Shown piece after piece: positions 50,101-62,900 of a DNA stretch of 64,000 nt. Position 1 is the stretch's first letter. Every line of letters starts with the position of its first letter. The notes below the pieces were generated by a model. It saw only the letters and a program-made list of their open reading frames with translations. It had not been told where the DNA came from and ran no database searches. This DNA comes from Phaeosaccion multiseriatum (lineage: Eukaryota > Protista > Ochrophyta, other classes): positions 1,240,001 to 1,304,000 of the forward strand of contig OZ218950.1 of the NCBI GenBank assembly GCA_965112735.1. Direction: 5' to 3'. A program made the translations under genes and the position numbers.

Positions 50101-53100
50101 CACTCGCGGAACACGCCCTCCTTCTCGTACAGCTCCCTGCCCATGCCCACGTACTGCGAACCCTGTCCTGTGAACAAGAACGTCACCGGCGAACTGTTCT
50201 TGCCTCGCTGCCCATCCAGCTGCAGCAAGGCTCGGCTCTCGCTCTCCTCCACCATCGTCGGTCCGAAGCTGCTGAGCACCGCATGGACGTTGGCTCCTCC
50301 CGCGCCGAAGGAGCTGACAGCAGCCGTGCGCCTCTCCCCGTCCCTGGCACTTAGTGGCACCATCGTAGACGGCAAAGTCACCGGAAAGCCATCCAAACGA
50401 AGCTCCGGATTGAGCTTCCTCATGTGGAGATTTGGGGGAGCAGATCCATGCTGAAGGACCAGCAGAGCTTTGATGAGGCCAGCAATTCCGGACGCACCCT
50501 CTAGATGCCCGAGATTGGTCTTCACCGCCCCAACCACCAGGGGCCGAGCTTCCTCGCGGCCATGGCCATACACGGCCCTCAAAGCACTCATCTCGATGGG
50601 GTCGCCGAGAGAAGTCCCGGTGCCGTGCGCCTCCACGTAATCAATCTCCAGACCGCTCAAGCCGGCCTCCGCCAGTGCCTGCTCCATCAGACGCTGCTGA
50701 GCAGAAGGGCTCGGGGCAGTGTAGCGCAAACTTCTCCCGTTGTGGTTCGCAGCGCAGCCATTGACAACAGCGAGGATGTGGTCGCCAGTGGCCTGTGCAT
50801 CATCCAGTCGCTTCAGTACCACGGCGCCACAGCCCTCACCTCGGACGTAACCGTTGGCCGCAGCGTCGAACGTATTGCAGCGCCTGACCATGAGGAATTG
50901 AGGGTTTGCAAAAGTGAAGAACAGACAAGAGGAAATCCATCAGCAGCAACAGGGGCCTTTCAGACAGCTTGGGCCTTTTGATATGGCTCTCATCGCGGCC
51001 CCAAGAACAAGCTACCACCCACACAAAAGAAACACATGTTAGAAGTGGCCTAGTTGGGGTCCCTTGGGGACCCAATCAGTAGTGTAACGGCCGGAAAACG
51101 GGCCAACTAGACGGTAAATCAGTAATAAAGAAAGGAAGCGCAGCCTGCGTGTGGGCTGGCTTCCGGGTGCTTGCTTCAGCTTCTGCTCTGCTCTAGCTTG
51201 GCTTTGAGGCTAGCTGTCGGTAGTTTCGACAACCCGGAAGACCCGAAAGACACAGGTCTGAGATCCAGCTTTGAGACTGATTTATTGTGTTGGCTTGAGC
51301 TTTGCTTCCAGCTGCCCAGCGTTAGGCCGTTGACGGCTTTAGGCTTGCTAGGGTGGCACTGGCTGAGGAGGGGATGGAATTCCTGCGTCGCCACGCTGCT
51401 AGGGTGGCACTGGCTGAGGAGGAGGGGATGGACTTCCTGAGTCTTGCATCGGCGGAGGGCGCTACGAGTGACGCTGCGGGCGGTGGAGCTGATGGTGGTG
51501 CTGCGGACGTGGGGTCGGTGGTATCTGAAGCTGCTGCTCCTCCTGCGGAGGTCACTGCCAGCCCTGGGGCTTTGGACCGCGTGCGGGAGGCGTTGCGTAG
51601 GGGGGAGGAGTCCCTGGAGTCGCCCTCTTTTTGTGAGGGGTCTGCGATTACGGCTGCTGCCGCTTCCCCTCCTGCTGCTGGGGTGAGGCCGCTGCCGGTG
51701 GCGGAGTCGGAGGTTTCTTTCCACTCGGGTGCTGCAGAGTCGGTGGGCCAGGAGGAGAGCACGGTGTGGGATGTGGTTGGCACGCCCTTGGTCCCTCTTG
51801 TTGGTGCGTCTGGCGGGGCTCGGGTGGTGGATCAGCCAGCGGAGGGAGAGAAGACACCGGAGCAGGAGGACACTCGGGTTCTCCAGGAGGCACCAAGCTG
51901 CGCAGCTCATGGCGGCCCAACTGTGGGAGAGCAAGGCGGAGACGGCGGCCCTCCGGCGGGAACTGGAGGTGCTGCGGCTCTCGAGGGCGGAGCAGCAGCG
52001 GGAGTTTGCGGTGGAGCTGCAGCAGCAGGTGGCGGCGGAGCTGCAGCGACAGATGGCGGCGCAGCCGCAGCCGGCTGCGCCTGAGGGTGCTGCCCAGTTG
52101 GAGGTGGAGACGATGCAGCGGGAGCTGTTAGCGGCGCAGCTCCAGCAGGTTAAGGATGCCGCACAGGGGGGGGTAGAGGTGCTGCAGCAGCAGGTTAAGG
52201 ATCTGCTACAGCGGGACATGGAACGGGAGCGGGAGCGGGCACGGCAGCAGGCACTGGGTGTGCTGCAGGCGCCCGCCCGTCATACGGTGCAGACGATCAC
52301 GCCGCCCGTGGGTGCTATCCGTGTGCTCCAGGAGCAGAAACTTCCCTCTCTATTCGATGCGGCTGGACAGCCTCATCCTCGTGCTGTGGTGCTCACACGC
52401 ATGTACAACTGGGTGAGCATTCTGCAAGGACAGGAGATCTTGACTTCTACTGGGTCCGTGCTTCCGGGCCAAGGGCGGGTGATGGAGCAGCGAGTGCTGG
52501 CCGACTTGGGTGCAGTGGATCGGGCCACTGTCCTGGCGGAGGCTCAGAAGGGTGCGTCGTGGATGGAGGGCGACCAGCACGTCACATTGGAGTGGGAGAC
52601 GGAGAGTGCACAGTTCCAATTGCTCGCGAGGTGTCTGTTGCGTCTCTTCGGCGTTCCTGTTGCGCGAGACGGCCTCCAGCAGCTTGTCCAGACGTTGGTG
52701 CGGGAGGCCAAGCCTCTGGAAGCGTCCACCGTTCCTGCCGAGGTGAACCAGGCGCTCGCCAGGCTGCTCACCAAGCTGGCGGAACTCTCTCTGTGTCTGG
52801 CGCAGGTGACGGGGCAGGCCACGGATGAGCAAGCCTTGGTTACGGGCCTGCTGGCGGTGCTGCGGCCAGAGGTCGAGATTCGGCTTCGTCACGGCTCGTT
52901 GCCATTAACTGACGGCATGACCAACTTCTGGCTGCGCTGGGAGTCGGCGACTCCCTCGTGGAGTGATTTCTACGCCGCCTTCCAGAAGGCATTTCCTTCC
53001 GCGACTCGGGTGCTCCAGGCTGGTAGCCCACTTACGCTCTCTTCTACTGGTGGGGCTCCGCGGGCCCGTGGTGGTGGTGGTGGTGGTGGTCTGCGCACTC

Positions 53101-53213
53101 CGCGCGGGGGAGTGGCCGTGAATGCGGTGGAGCAGCATCAGGAAGTGGCCGTGAATTCGGTGGAGCAGCATCTGGACCATCAGCCGTCACAGGAGGTGGG
53201 GGTGAATGCAGTG

Positions 53214-53244
<31 letters not shown>

Positions 53245-53830
53245 CGGCGCAGCAGCCGCGGCTCACGCCCACCCAGCAGCGGCCCTTGCTGTTCCACGGC
53301 TCGGTCAAGCAGCGTGGCAACGGCAATGCCCCATTTAACTGCATGACTTGTCGCCGCGCCGGCCATGGATGGATAGAATGCAACGCCATTCCCGCTACGC
53401 GTGAGGAGCTGCTCGGCCTTGTGAGTCGCGTGCAGCGGCGGCAGGCGGTCAGAGCGCTGCACCAGGAGTCCGACATGTCTGAAGCCGTAGCAGCAATGGT
53501 GGCGGGCACTCTGGCGGCGCAGGACGGGTTCAAGTTCGAAGGCTGACGGTGCCCCGGGGCTGCTTGGCCAGCAGCCCTGGGGACCACGACCGCAGCGCGT
53601 GAGGATAGCGTCGGCGTGGGGGGACAGGGGGGGAGGGCAGGCAAGAGCAGTGTAGAAGATAATGAATGTACTTCGCACCTATCTTGTTTGTCAGACCCAC
53701 CTTTGCCCCATGCCGACGCTCAGCGTAGGAGCGGTCAGGCTAGTCGTGTAGAGCAGGAATCACCTGCCATCAGAGTTTATCGGAGTGACATGTGGTGTGG
53801 CGACAGACTTGCTGAGCTGCGACGCAAGCA

Positions 53831-53914
<84 letters not shown>

Positions 53915-56900
53915 CCGTGCAGTAGAGGTAGTCGGGGAGGGTGCGCACAGAGAGGCTGTGCCTGCGCCGTCCGCGGTCGAGCAGCTGTCAGCGTTGGAGC
54001 GGCAGCCGCAGCAGCCGCAGCGCCAGCAGCCGGAGCGGCAGCTAGAGCAGCAGCCGGGTCCTGTGGTACGCGCTGTGGTCGAGCAGTCGAGGGGCACTGA
54101 CGGCCCGGATGCAGTCGTTGCTGGTGAGCACACGGAGATGACGGCGGTACAGCAGCAGGCGCAGGGTGCAGTAGAGGTAGTCGTGGAGGGCGCGCACCAG
54201 GAGGCTGCGCCAGCGGCTTCCGCAGTCGAGCAGCTGCCGCCGCCGGAGCAGCAGCAGCAGCAGCAGCAGCCGTGTCCAGTGGTACGCTCCGTGTGCTTAG
54301 TAGAAGCACCGCAGCCCGGCTCTGCCGTCGAGCCGTCGAGCGGACCTGACGTCGCGCTGCCGCTGCCTCTGCGCCAGGAGGATGCAGTCGTTGCGGGTGA
54401 GTGTCCGGAGCAGCAGGCGCCACCGTTGGCAGTTGGGGCGGTTGAGTGCGAGGCGGCAACCGTTGCGCAACACGAGTCTGTCTGGATGGATGCAAGGGGT
54501 TTGGAGCGGGTGCGTGCGTGTGCCTTCCCAGAACAGCGCGCACTGCGTGCGACGAAGGAGCGGCAACAGCGGCTGGGCCAGCAGCAGCAGCTGCTGCAGC
54601 AGCAGCCGGCGGGACCGCAGGTGCAACTGGAGCAGCAGCAGGGTCCTGCTGTCGAGGTAGTCGTCCAGGTTGCCGAGCAGCAGCCGCATGTGGCGGGGGG
54701 GCAGCAGGAGCAATTGGAGCAGCAGCAGGGTCATGCTGTCGAGGCTGCCGTCCAGGTTGCAAAAGCCAGGCCACCGTCAAGCGATGAGCTTCAGCCTCAG
54801 CAGCTGTGCTCCCTGGTGACGCCTCGACAGGCCAAGGCCATGGGCCTCGTGCGGGCCTTGCCGCTCGGGGCAGCATCTCTTCCGCCATTCACTCCCACTG
54901 GGGAACATGAACAGTGGGCGTGGCAGGTTCAGCTTCAGCAGCAGGAGGAGGTTCAGCTTCAGCAGCAGGAGCAGAGCCTTCGGACCCTGCCGCTGACGTC
55001 TCCAGCGGTGCCTCCGGCGGAGGGGCGGAGCAGGACTGAGCAGAGGGTGGCAGCAAAGTGGTTGAGACGGCGTGCCCAGCAGGCGAAGGCAGCGCTGCGC
55101 AAGGGTGACGAGCAGGCGGCACAGGAGCAGCAGGATGCAGCGAGGCGCGCAGTAGCTCTTCGACGGCGGGTACGGAGGAAGCAGCGGAGGCAGCGTGCTC
55201 GTGCGACAGCAGCAGCACAGCAACATCAGCAGGAGGCTGCTTTCACGGCTGTGTTGACGGAGGAGGCGGGGCTGCACACGCTTGCCCTTGATCCGTTTGT
55301 GCGTGCTTGTCATGCAGTCGCCTTGGAGCCTGGCGCGGGAGTCGCTCTGCTCAAGGAGCCCCCCAGTCCGGGAGCTTGTGCCTGTGCGTCGGCTGTTGAC
55401 AGTGAGTGTGCTATGTGTGAGGGGTGTGTGCAACGCGCTGCCTTGGCTCTCTACCGTGTGCGGATGGAGGACGCTCCAGGGGGGGTGGCCGCCTTGCACA
55501 CAGCAGTGCGGAGAGCTGAGATTGCCGAAGCGGTGGCTGCCACGGGTCGTACGGCAGTCCCAGCAGGGCGGGGTCACACGATCGAGGTTACGGTGCGCTC
55601 GCCAGTGAAGGTCAGTGACGCTCGGCATTGCTTGGCCGCTACCGCTCCACGGGATGCCAGTGCCGCCGACGCCGTGGAGAAGAGCGCCTTTACCGCCTTG
55701 ATGGACAGTGGGTGCACAGGAGCGGGCTGCATCTCGACAGCCTGTTTCAATCAACTGGTGGCGGATGGCACGGTGGAGCGGTCAGAGCTCGCCACGCAGA
55801 AGGGGGTGCAGGTGTCTTACGCTGACAATCGTGCCAAGACTATGTCCAGAGGGCTTGTTTGGCTTCAGGTGGGACTCACGCCGACGTGCCAGCCGGTGCT
55901 ACCCTTTCATGTGGTGGACCACTTGGCGCGGCCCATCTTCTTGGGGCAGGATTTCTTCACCCAAGTAGGGGCAGTCGTCGATCATCGTGCGAAGCAGCTC
56001 TACGTACTTCCGACTCCTTCGGAGGAGGCCACGGCGGATGCTCGTCCGTCCGATGCCTTGGCTGTGCAAGTGCTGGCAGTGGTGGACGGCAACGCTGCTG
56101 TTGGGGGGGTACGTGCTGTGGAGGCTTTGAGCTTGGGACCTGGACAGACGGGGTCCCTTCTCCTCGAGCTTACGGGTATCGTTGAGGGTGTCCAGGCGGT
56201 GGTGGAGCTGGGCGCTCACGGACACTTGGCCACAGAGGCGGACGTTCTATGGTGGCTGGAGCACGAGCAGGTTCTAGTGGCGCACAAAGATGGTGTGTAT
56301 GCCGGGGGGCAGAGTTACCGAATCACAGTGCAGAATCACCACAATCAGGTCATTGTGGTCGTTCCTGGGCAGGTCATCGGCACCGCTTCTTGCTTGCTCG
56401 ACTCGGAGGCGAGCGCTGAGGTGGCCGCGCTCATGCTCGCTGAGCCGGCTTCTTCAGATACCGTGCCGGAGACTGCAGCGGCCCCCTCCTCCTGGCTTGG
56501 TGCTCTTGGCGGGATGGTGAGGCGTGTGGTGAAGCGCAGGCTGCCATGGTCCAAGGCGCGGGAGGCGGTTGAGTCTGTGGTGGAGGAGGAGGCGTCGCAG
56601 CAGCCGGCTGAAGCTGAAGCAGGAGCTGAGCCGGTCTGGTGCCCACCGCAGGGGCCTGTAGTTCGCTGCTCGGTGGTACCAGAGGAGGCTGAGCTGGGGG
56701 CTACGGCGCTTCCGCTGCAAGCTGTGCAGGTGCAGGCCCTGACGCACCCACGGACTGAGGTGGGGGTGCCATCGACTCTGGTGCCTCAGCCGGCAGTGAA
56801 GGCCCGGTTTCAGCATTTGCAGCGCAGCGGCAAGAAGGGGAGTCAGTGTCGTCAGAGTCGAGTGGGTGCTGGGCGGTTGCAGCGGCAACGTCGGAGAGTG

Positions 56901-59900
56901 GCATCAATGCTTGTGGAGTCTCCTGTGCTGTGGGACCAGGTTCATCGGCAAGCAGTGTTGGAGCGCCATGAGCAAGTGCGACGACAAGTTTTGCCGCTGC
57001 GACGGGAGCTGTGCGCTGACGGCTCCTGCGCCTGGCATCACCGAGGGCTTCGTCTCGCTTGGGGGAGCGACTTGGGGCAACGACAGGTGCCGCGGGAGCG
57101 TCGAGTGCCCTTGGCGTCCTCCTGGGGGGGGACAGTGCGAGTGCCGGCCAGACGAGCTGACACACCACGAGTGGACTCGAAGGAGGAGACAGCAGCATGG
57201 TTGGCAACGCAGCAGGCCAAGCGGTTACAAGCGGCACAGCAGCAGGCACGGCAGCAACGCCAGTGGGCATTGCAGCGACGGCACAAGGCCCAGCGGGAAG
57301 AGCTCTTTAAGCGAGCGGATCGGGCTGCAGCTCAGCAGGTTCAGCGGTCCAATGCGGTGCAGCAGCAGGTGGCTCCGGCGGCGGTAGCTCGACGCCGTCA
57401 GACACAGTTGCAGGAGCTCCCACCCTCTCGCACAGATCCGCTGCAGGTCCAACACGTGGCGGTGTCTGCTGCTTCCACCAGTAGGCCTGTGACAGGGGCG
57501 GCATCGTTAGTGGCGTCGGAGGAACCGCCACTACGGTCCGAGGCAGGTTCCTCGTCGGCGGCGGTGGGCACATCATTGACTGACCTACGCGGTGATGGGT
57601 GGGTACTGGATGCGGATGGTGCCTTGCGACTCGGTAGCCAGAGTGACACGTCCGGTGGGACTCTGATGGCAGGAGTGCAGTTGATCAAGGAGTGGTATCC
57701 TCACCTGTCAGAGCGAGTGTATGGACGTCTGCGCGAGTGCTTGGTTGCGGCAGAGGAAGGGGCTGTGACCGCGCTACTGCTCCTGCGCCCCCATGTACAC
57801 CAAGCCGCTGGCACGGGTCTGAGCGGCGTTGGGGACGTTGCTGTGGCCGCATGGGCCCAACAGCTCTTGTCGTTGTGGTCTAGTCGCCCATTACAGCAGC
57901 AGGAGAAGGTGGAGCAGGATATGACCAATGCGCTGCTGCTCCTTATCCAATTGCGAACGGTGCTGCAGGAGAGTCGCTGTCTTGGTGGGGGAGTGGAGTC
58001 GTGGGATGCAGGAGAGCTTGTGGTGGAGCAGCGGCGCCGTGCCAAGCTCACTACGGAGAGGGCTCAGTTCTGGCTCAGGGAGCTACCGTCGCCCCTGCAC
58101 GCTATCACGATTGGCGACGGTGCCTGGACGGAGGTGCAACGCTGGGGACTGGTGGCGATCCTTCGCGCTCGGTCGCAAGCATTCTGTCAGAGGCCTGGTG
58201 ACTACGGTCGGACGGATACTCTCTTCTTTGAGTGGGGACTGAAGGATGCGAATCAGCAGCCCATTCGGAGCTCCGCTCGACGGTATCCTCCCCATTTGCG
58301 GCGGGGGATTGAAATTGAGATTGACAAGCTTCTCGCGGCTGCCATCATTCGCCCCAGCACTTCCAGCTGGGCCACTCCGCTGATGGCGGTCTTGAAGACG
58401 GACGCAGCTGGCAAAACCAAGTGTCATGAGGATGGGACGCCTGTGGTACGTATGACGTGTGACTTGTCTCAGCTGAATGATGCGTGTCGCACGGAGGCCC
58501 CTGCGATGCCGGTGATTGATGATCTGCTGGCAGAGATGCATGGCTCCAAGGTGTTCTCGGTGATGGACATCATGTCGGGCTACTTCAATGTGCCGATGGC
58601 ATCAGCAGCGGAAGAGGACATATCCACCTTTGTGTGCCACAGTGGTACTTACGCTTGGCGAGTGATGCCGCAGGGCGCGAAGAATGCGCCTGCAGTCTTT
58701 GTGCGGCTTATGAATAAGGTGCTCAAGGGGCTTCAGGAGCATGTGGCCTGCTTTGTGGACGATATTGCTGTGTTTTCGGCTACGGTGGAGCAGCATCTGG
58801 AGCATTTGGATGCTGTGCTTGCGCGGTTGGTGGAGCACAAGCTCAAGTTGGAGCCGAGTAAGGCTGTATTGGGTGCACCGGAGGTGCGGTTCTGCGGGCA
58901 TTTGCTGGATCAGAATGGGGTGCGCACAGACCCGGCCAAGCATGCGGCGGTGCAAGAGCTGGTCAAGCCGTTGAGGTTGCTTGCGAAGGATGGCGGCGTC
59001 AATCGAGTTAAGCAGGTGCGGCGTTTCATTGGCATGCTCAGCTACTTTCGCCGTTTCATTCCGGAGTTTGCGCGCAAGGTGCGGCCTCTCAATGGGCTGC
59101 TGCGTAAGGGCGTCGACGTGAGCACCGCCTGGAATGCCTCGCACGATGCAGCTTGGGATGGACTCGTTGCCGACTTGTTGTCTTCCCCTGCACTGGCTTT
59201 TCCGGAGTACGGGCCAGCGACGACTTTCACCCTGAGCACCGATGCCTCGACGGAAGGGTTAGCAGGAGTGCTCTCTCCGAAAGATGCGACCGGGGAGGAG
59301 CGTGTGGTGACGTTCATCAGTCGGGCTACCACGGAGACGGAGGCGCGACTGAGCAGCACGGAGCTGGAGCTGCTGGCAGTAGTGTGGTGTGTGCGTAAAC
59401 TGGCCATGTACATCTGCCACTACCCCACCACAGTGGTGACGGACCATCAGCCCTTGTTGTGGTTGGCTGGGCACAAGGATACCAATTCCAAGCTGTTCAG
59501 ATGGTACGAGCGGCTCTCTACGCACCACTTGCAGTTTGTGCATCGTCCCGGGAAGCAAATGGTGGTGCCTGACTGCCTCTCTCGCAACGCGCTTCCGGTG
59601 CAGGAGTGGGAGACGCATGCGGGGGTAGACTTGGCCATGGTTGAGTGCGAGTGGCCGTCGCCCTTGCACACCTGGTGTGCTTCGATGGGGGTGCAGTTGA
59701 ACCTGGTGGAGATGGTAGGGGACGAGTGCAGCCTTCATTGGGAGGAGCCCACGGAGGGCGCACTGCTTCGCTTTCTCGCAGTGGCGCAACAGCTGCAGGG
59801 CGAAGCCGACACACGCCTTCCTATTCCTGTGCCTGCCGTGACGGCCCAGCAACAGCAGCAACGGTGCCACCACCAGCAGCAGAGCGGAGCGGAGGCCCTA

Positions 59901-62900
59901 CAAGCCTGGCAGACTGCAGAGGTGGACTTGTCGGCGACGCAGTCACGCAGGGGTACTGCTCGGCGTGCTTGGACACAGCGTCTTCAGCAATGTGGATGGC
60001 AGCCTACGCGAGCACCTCAGCTGGGTGTGAAGAAGGCTGTGATAGAGGCCTGGCAGCCGGGTCAGATGCCGCCATTTGTGAGTCACATCTCCGCAGCGAG
60101 GTGCACGTACGTATCTACGCCGAGGCACGTGCAGGCTCTATCGACTCAGTTGCGCTCAGCCAAAGTGGTCGCTATGGATTCGGAGTGGGCGCGTCACCGA
60201 CGGCGCGCGTCGCTGCTGCAATTGGCCGTGCAGGTTGGGCCGCTGCCGGATGTGGCGCGTGACTATGGGCTCTTGATTGATCTAGACGCGCTTCAGAAGG
60301 CGGGGGGTATGATGGTACTGGCGCAAGTGTTGCGGGACCTGTGGGCCGAACCCTCGATTGTGAAGCTGGCTCACCACTGGAGTCACGACCAACGTGCCCT
60401 GGGCCGATGGCCGGAGCTCGCGGAGCATGTCCAGCACATCGTCAACTTGGTGGACACCAGTGACCTCTTTAAGCGCGTGTGCCCCGAACATACTCAGTTC
60501 ATCGGACTCCAGGACCTTGTCAGCATGTTTTTGGAGCAACACCTTAGCAAGGAGGAGCGGGCCACCGATTGGACGAAGCGGCCGCTGTCCGCCGCTCAAC
60601 GGGAGTACGCGTTTGCTGACGCTGCGGCGCTCCTCCGCCTCTGGCCTCGCATGGCGGAGTGTGTGCCGTTCGTCCATGGTGGCCCGGGGGTGGAGCTTAG
60701 CGCGATGAGCCCTGCTCACACCCCTGCGGAGCAGGAGGAGATGCAAGTCGGCAGGTTCATGCAGGCCGCGGTTGGTTATTGGGGCGATCGCGACCACGTG
60801 TCACCGCTCTACATCTTTGGTGTCCACTCCAAGACGTTGGAGGTATTCGACCTGGCCAAACTGCAATTCAAACTGCAGTGCTCGTGGGAGACAATGATGC
60901 AGATGGTGGAGCGGTTCACGCGGACATATAAGCGCCAGCGGAAGGTGGTGGGCGCGTTGGCCAGTCATCTAGATACCATGATCGAGTTGCCATGGAAGCA
61001 AGTCCGTCAGGTGTCGCGTGACTACTTCTCGATGTGCACACCAGCGGAGGCTCAGCAAACGGGTGCCGCGGCCGCTCATGCGTGGGCTGCATGGGAGGCC
61101 GAGCTTGAGGAGGATGCGTCTCGTCTGCCCTCGGAGGTGTGTCCAGCTGCTGTTGCTGGTGCCACCGAGGGTGAGGAGCTTGTTACGGAGGAGGGCCGCA
61201 TCACCCACCCTGGGGAGCCGCCTGCTGCGGAGTCGCCGTCGGAGCCTGGTACGGCAGATCTACTGGTCACGGAAGAAGCGGGGGATGCAGGTGATGAAGC
61301 TGCGGATGCAGTGGATAATGAAGCTGAGGAGGCAGTGGATTCAGTTTCCAAGGAGCCGGTGGAGCAGGAGTCCACCTTGCAGCGCGAACTTGATGGGCAT
61401 CGACGAGAGGCAGAGCGACAGTTTGGGTGGTCTCTACCAGGCACGGTGCCTGCTGCCGCGGCGCACAGACGAGCGGCTGGAGCTTTGGGTGGCAGTCTGC
61501 ATGTCGAGGCCGCGTGGTGGGTGCGTGCGCAGCGGGCTGATGCGGAGCTGGAAGCACTCCGTCGCCGTGTTCAGGCTGGGCCCACCGGCGGCGTGGTGGA
61601 TGCAGGTGGGGGTGAGTTCTTTGTGGATGAGGACGGGCTCTTGATGCGTAAGTGGGCTCCTGGGGGCTTTCGGTGGCGGGTGCGGCACACTCGGCTACAA
61701 GTATGTGTGCCCAAGGAGATGCGGCCAGCCTTGCTGCATGCCGCCCACACCGATGCCATCGCAGGTGGGCACCAAGGCCCGGGACGTATGCTAGACGCGC
61801 TGCAAGAGCGCGTATGGTGGGAGAAGATGAATGCACATGCGCTGTATTGGGCCCGCTCCTGTCTGGCGTGCCAGACCCGCAAGACTCCTCGCCGGCAGCC
61901 AAAGCCTGTGCCGCTGTCGTCCATTTCCAAGGTGGATGGACCTTGGGCGGTCATGGGCGCTGATGTGGCTGGCCCCTTTCCTATGGGCATGGGCGGTGAG
62001 GAGTACCTCTTGGTGTTTCAGGATTGGTTCACGAAGTGGACAGTGGTGGTGCCTTTGAGGGCACAGGACTATACGGCGGAAGGTATTGCTCGGGCCTTCG
62101 TGCGGCATGTCGTCACCACCCTGGGTGTGCCCCGAGTGCTGGTGAGTGATCAAGGCTCGCAGTTCACCAGTGCGCTCATGGGCGATGTGATGCGGGTTCT
62201 ATCGGCGTCGCAAGTGTTCACGACGCCAATGCACCAACAGGCCAATGGGCAGGTGGAGCGCTTCATGGCCACGATCAAGGACATGTTGGCGACGACCGTG
62301 GAGTCACAGATGCAGCAGTGGCCAGATTACGTCGCCGGGCTCACCTATGCGTACAACTGCCGCTCGCAGGAGAGCACGGGGATGGCGCCATTCTACGCCT
62401 TGTTCGGTCGGCACCCCCCGGTGCCTCTACAGGCGATGCTTCCGGCGCTAGTGGAGGACGGGTCGTTTTCGTCTGCCTCGGCATGGGTCCACGAACTGCG
62501 GGCACGTCTGGCTGCGGCTGCGGCGGTGGTCAATGGGAGGCGCTGCGACTACCACGGGAGATTGCAGCTGAAGAACGCCTCACGCCGTTGGCCGACGCCC
62601 CTGCGACCCGGCACCAAGGTGATGTTGTATCGTCCTGGTGCCGCCGCCCAGCAAGAAGGGGAAGAACTCGAAGGGCCCCCGTCAGCGCAACTCAAGGCTC
62701 TGCAGCACTCGTGGGATGGTCCTTATACAGTCTTGCCTTGGCCATCTCTGGGGGCCTACTGTGCTCAGCATGGGCGGGTGAGTGAAGAGCACTATCAGGT
62801 CATGCAGCGCAGCGCAGTGTATCTGTCTATGAAACGGGTGCGCGGCAATGGTGTGGAGCAGCTGCAACGGGCGTACCACAGAGACTTGACGAAGCCGTTC

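Noticed and set aside
20539-50981. Dozens of plus-strand ORFs (60-290 aa) across the PKS-NRPS
   Set aside because: Antisense shadows of a GC-rich coding strand; no motifs, and they duplicate along with the modules.
53544-53546. Selenocysteine codon
   Set aside because: No recognisable SECIS or selenoprotein context; its position at the gag/pol boundary fits ordinary readthrough or termination.
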